Both the position numbers and the translations under genes were made by a program. A stretch of DNA of 35,696 bases, taken from the IMG/VR virus record IMGVR_UViG_3300005403_000111, positions 1-35,696 of that record; one strand, 5' to 3'. The notes beneath the pieces are model-generated. The model had not been told where the DNA came from. It searched no databases and worked only from the letters and a program-made list of their open reading frames with translations. This document shows positions 35,163 to 35,696 of the stretch, piece by piece; positions within the stretch are counted from its first letter, which is position 1, and every line of letters starts with the position of its first letter. Source of the stretch: a virus. Taxonomy: Duplodnaviria > Caudoviricetes.

Positions 35163-35522
35163 GCTTTTGAAATGTGAGTACCTTTTGCAGTATTAGGGTA
35201 TATTGCAAAAGGTACATTGGGTACATTACTAAGGGTACATTGCACAACTTTACAACAACTCTCATTTCTAAAAATTTGCTCATTTCGTAAAAATAAACTA
35301 TACACTCATCACAGCGTAAAACTCCGCAGATAAGGCACTTACAAAAGATTTTAAATTAAAAAATAGACAGAGTTGAACAAAGCAGAAAAAGAAGTGTAAA
35401 AAAAGTCTAAAAAAGTCCAGCACTCACTTTTTTACAACTACTAGAAAAAACCCACAAAAACCCCACAAAATAGGCACCCCAAAGAAAAAAAGCTCAAAAT
35501 TTCTCACTTACATTTTATACAC
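35163..35522. repeat. Transposase-binding sites at the repressor-side (L-like) end
   Basis: Terminal site 35505-35522 (minus GTGTATAAAATGTAAGTG) is 9 bp from the end, as at the other end. Weaker minus copies at 35257-35274 and 35275-35292; plus copy GCTTTTGAAATGTGAGTA at 35163-35180. Confidence 0.75.
35178..35241. repeat. 12-bp inverted repeat plus four GGTAYATT direct repeats
   Basis: GTACCTTTTGCA (35178-35189) / TGCAAAAGGTAC (35204-35215); GGTAYATT at 35197, 35211, 35220 and 35234. Confidence 0.7.
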
Positions 35523-35654
35523 TTCCTTACAAATATACTCAATATTATTGATAGTAACATCTGCTTTCATGTAGGTAATTTTCTTTTTACTGACTTGTTT
35601 CGTTTCTTAGGTTATTTAAAGTTTTAAATATGTATAATTCTGCCTCTTAAAGAT

Positions 35655-35696
35655 GTCAGGGTAGCTCAGCTGGTTAGAGCACTGGTCTCATAAGCC
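35655..35696 (+). tRNA. tRNA-Met (anticodon CAT), truncated by the window edge
   Basis: GTCAGGG-TA-GCTC-AGCTGGTTA-GAGC-A-CTGGT-CTCATAA-GCC...; TATAAT at 35633-35638 upstream. Ile2 identity cannot be excluded. Confidence 0.9.

Larger units (their letters stand above)
1938..35531 (-). mobile_element. Mu-like transposable prophage, 33,594 bp, apparently complete
   Basis: Begins TGTA at 1938 and ends TACA at 35531; flanked by AATAT at 1933-1937 and 35532-35536. Carries end repeats, MuA/MuB and Mu-type head genes. Confidence 0.93.

Noticed and set aside
35655-35696. tRNA-Met as the prophage attachment site
   Set aside because: No integrase and no duplicated tRNA fragment at the left junction. 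The ends are explained by transposition with a 5-bp duplication more than 120 bp upstream of the tRNA.

Overview
Campylobacterota-type chromosome segment (GroEL/GroES and promoter style suggest a Sulfurimonas-like host; inferred, not searched). A complete-looking 33,594-bp Mu-like transposable prophage (1938..35531) is inserted between the groES-groEL operon (left, minus strand) and a tRNA-Met(CAT) gene (right edge). It has TG...CA ends, a 5-bp AATAT target-site duplication and Mu-style arrays of transposase-binding repeats. It encodes an S24 repressor, MuA/MuB, an AAA ATPase next to head-to-head iteron-like repeats, an Ogr-like Zn-finger, an inverted packaging block (TerS, TerL, portal, MuF, gpG), protease I and capsid T. 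It also encodes a non-contractile tail (with a -1 frameshift chaperone and a DUF4214-tipped tape measure), a lysis cassette, a Dam-like methylase and a second S24 regulator. The most striking feature is at the 3' end of the MuF gene, whose C-terminal extension looks like a BECR/PBECR RNase. No protein immunity gene follows it. Instead there is a convergently transcribed ~110-nt tRNA-shaped RNA with its own perfect extended -10 promoter, no CCA end and a 6-nt anticodon-like loop. This is a candidate toxin / tRNA-decoy antitoxin system. All protein calls come from motif recognition and gene order, not database searches.
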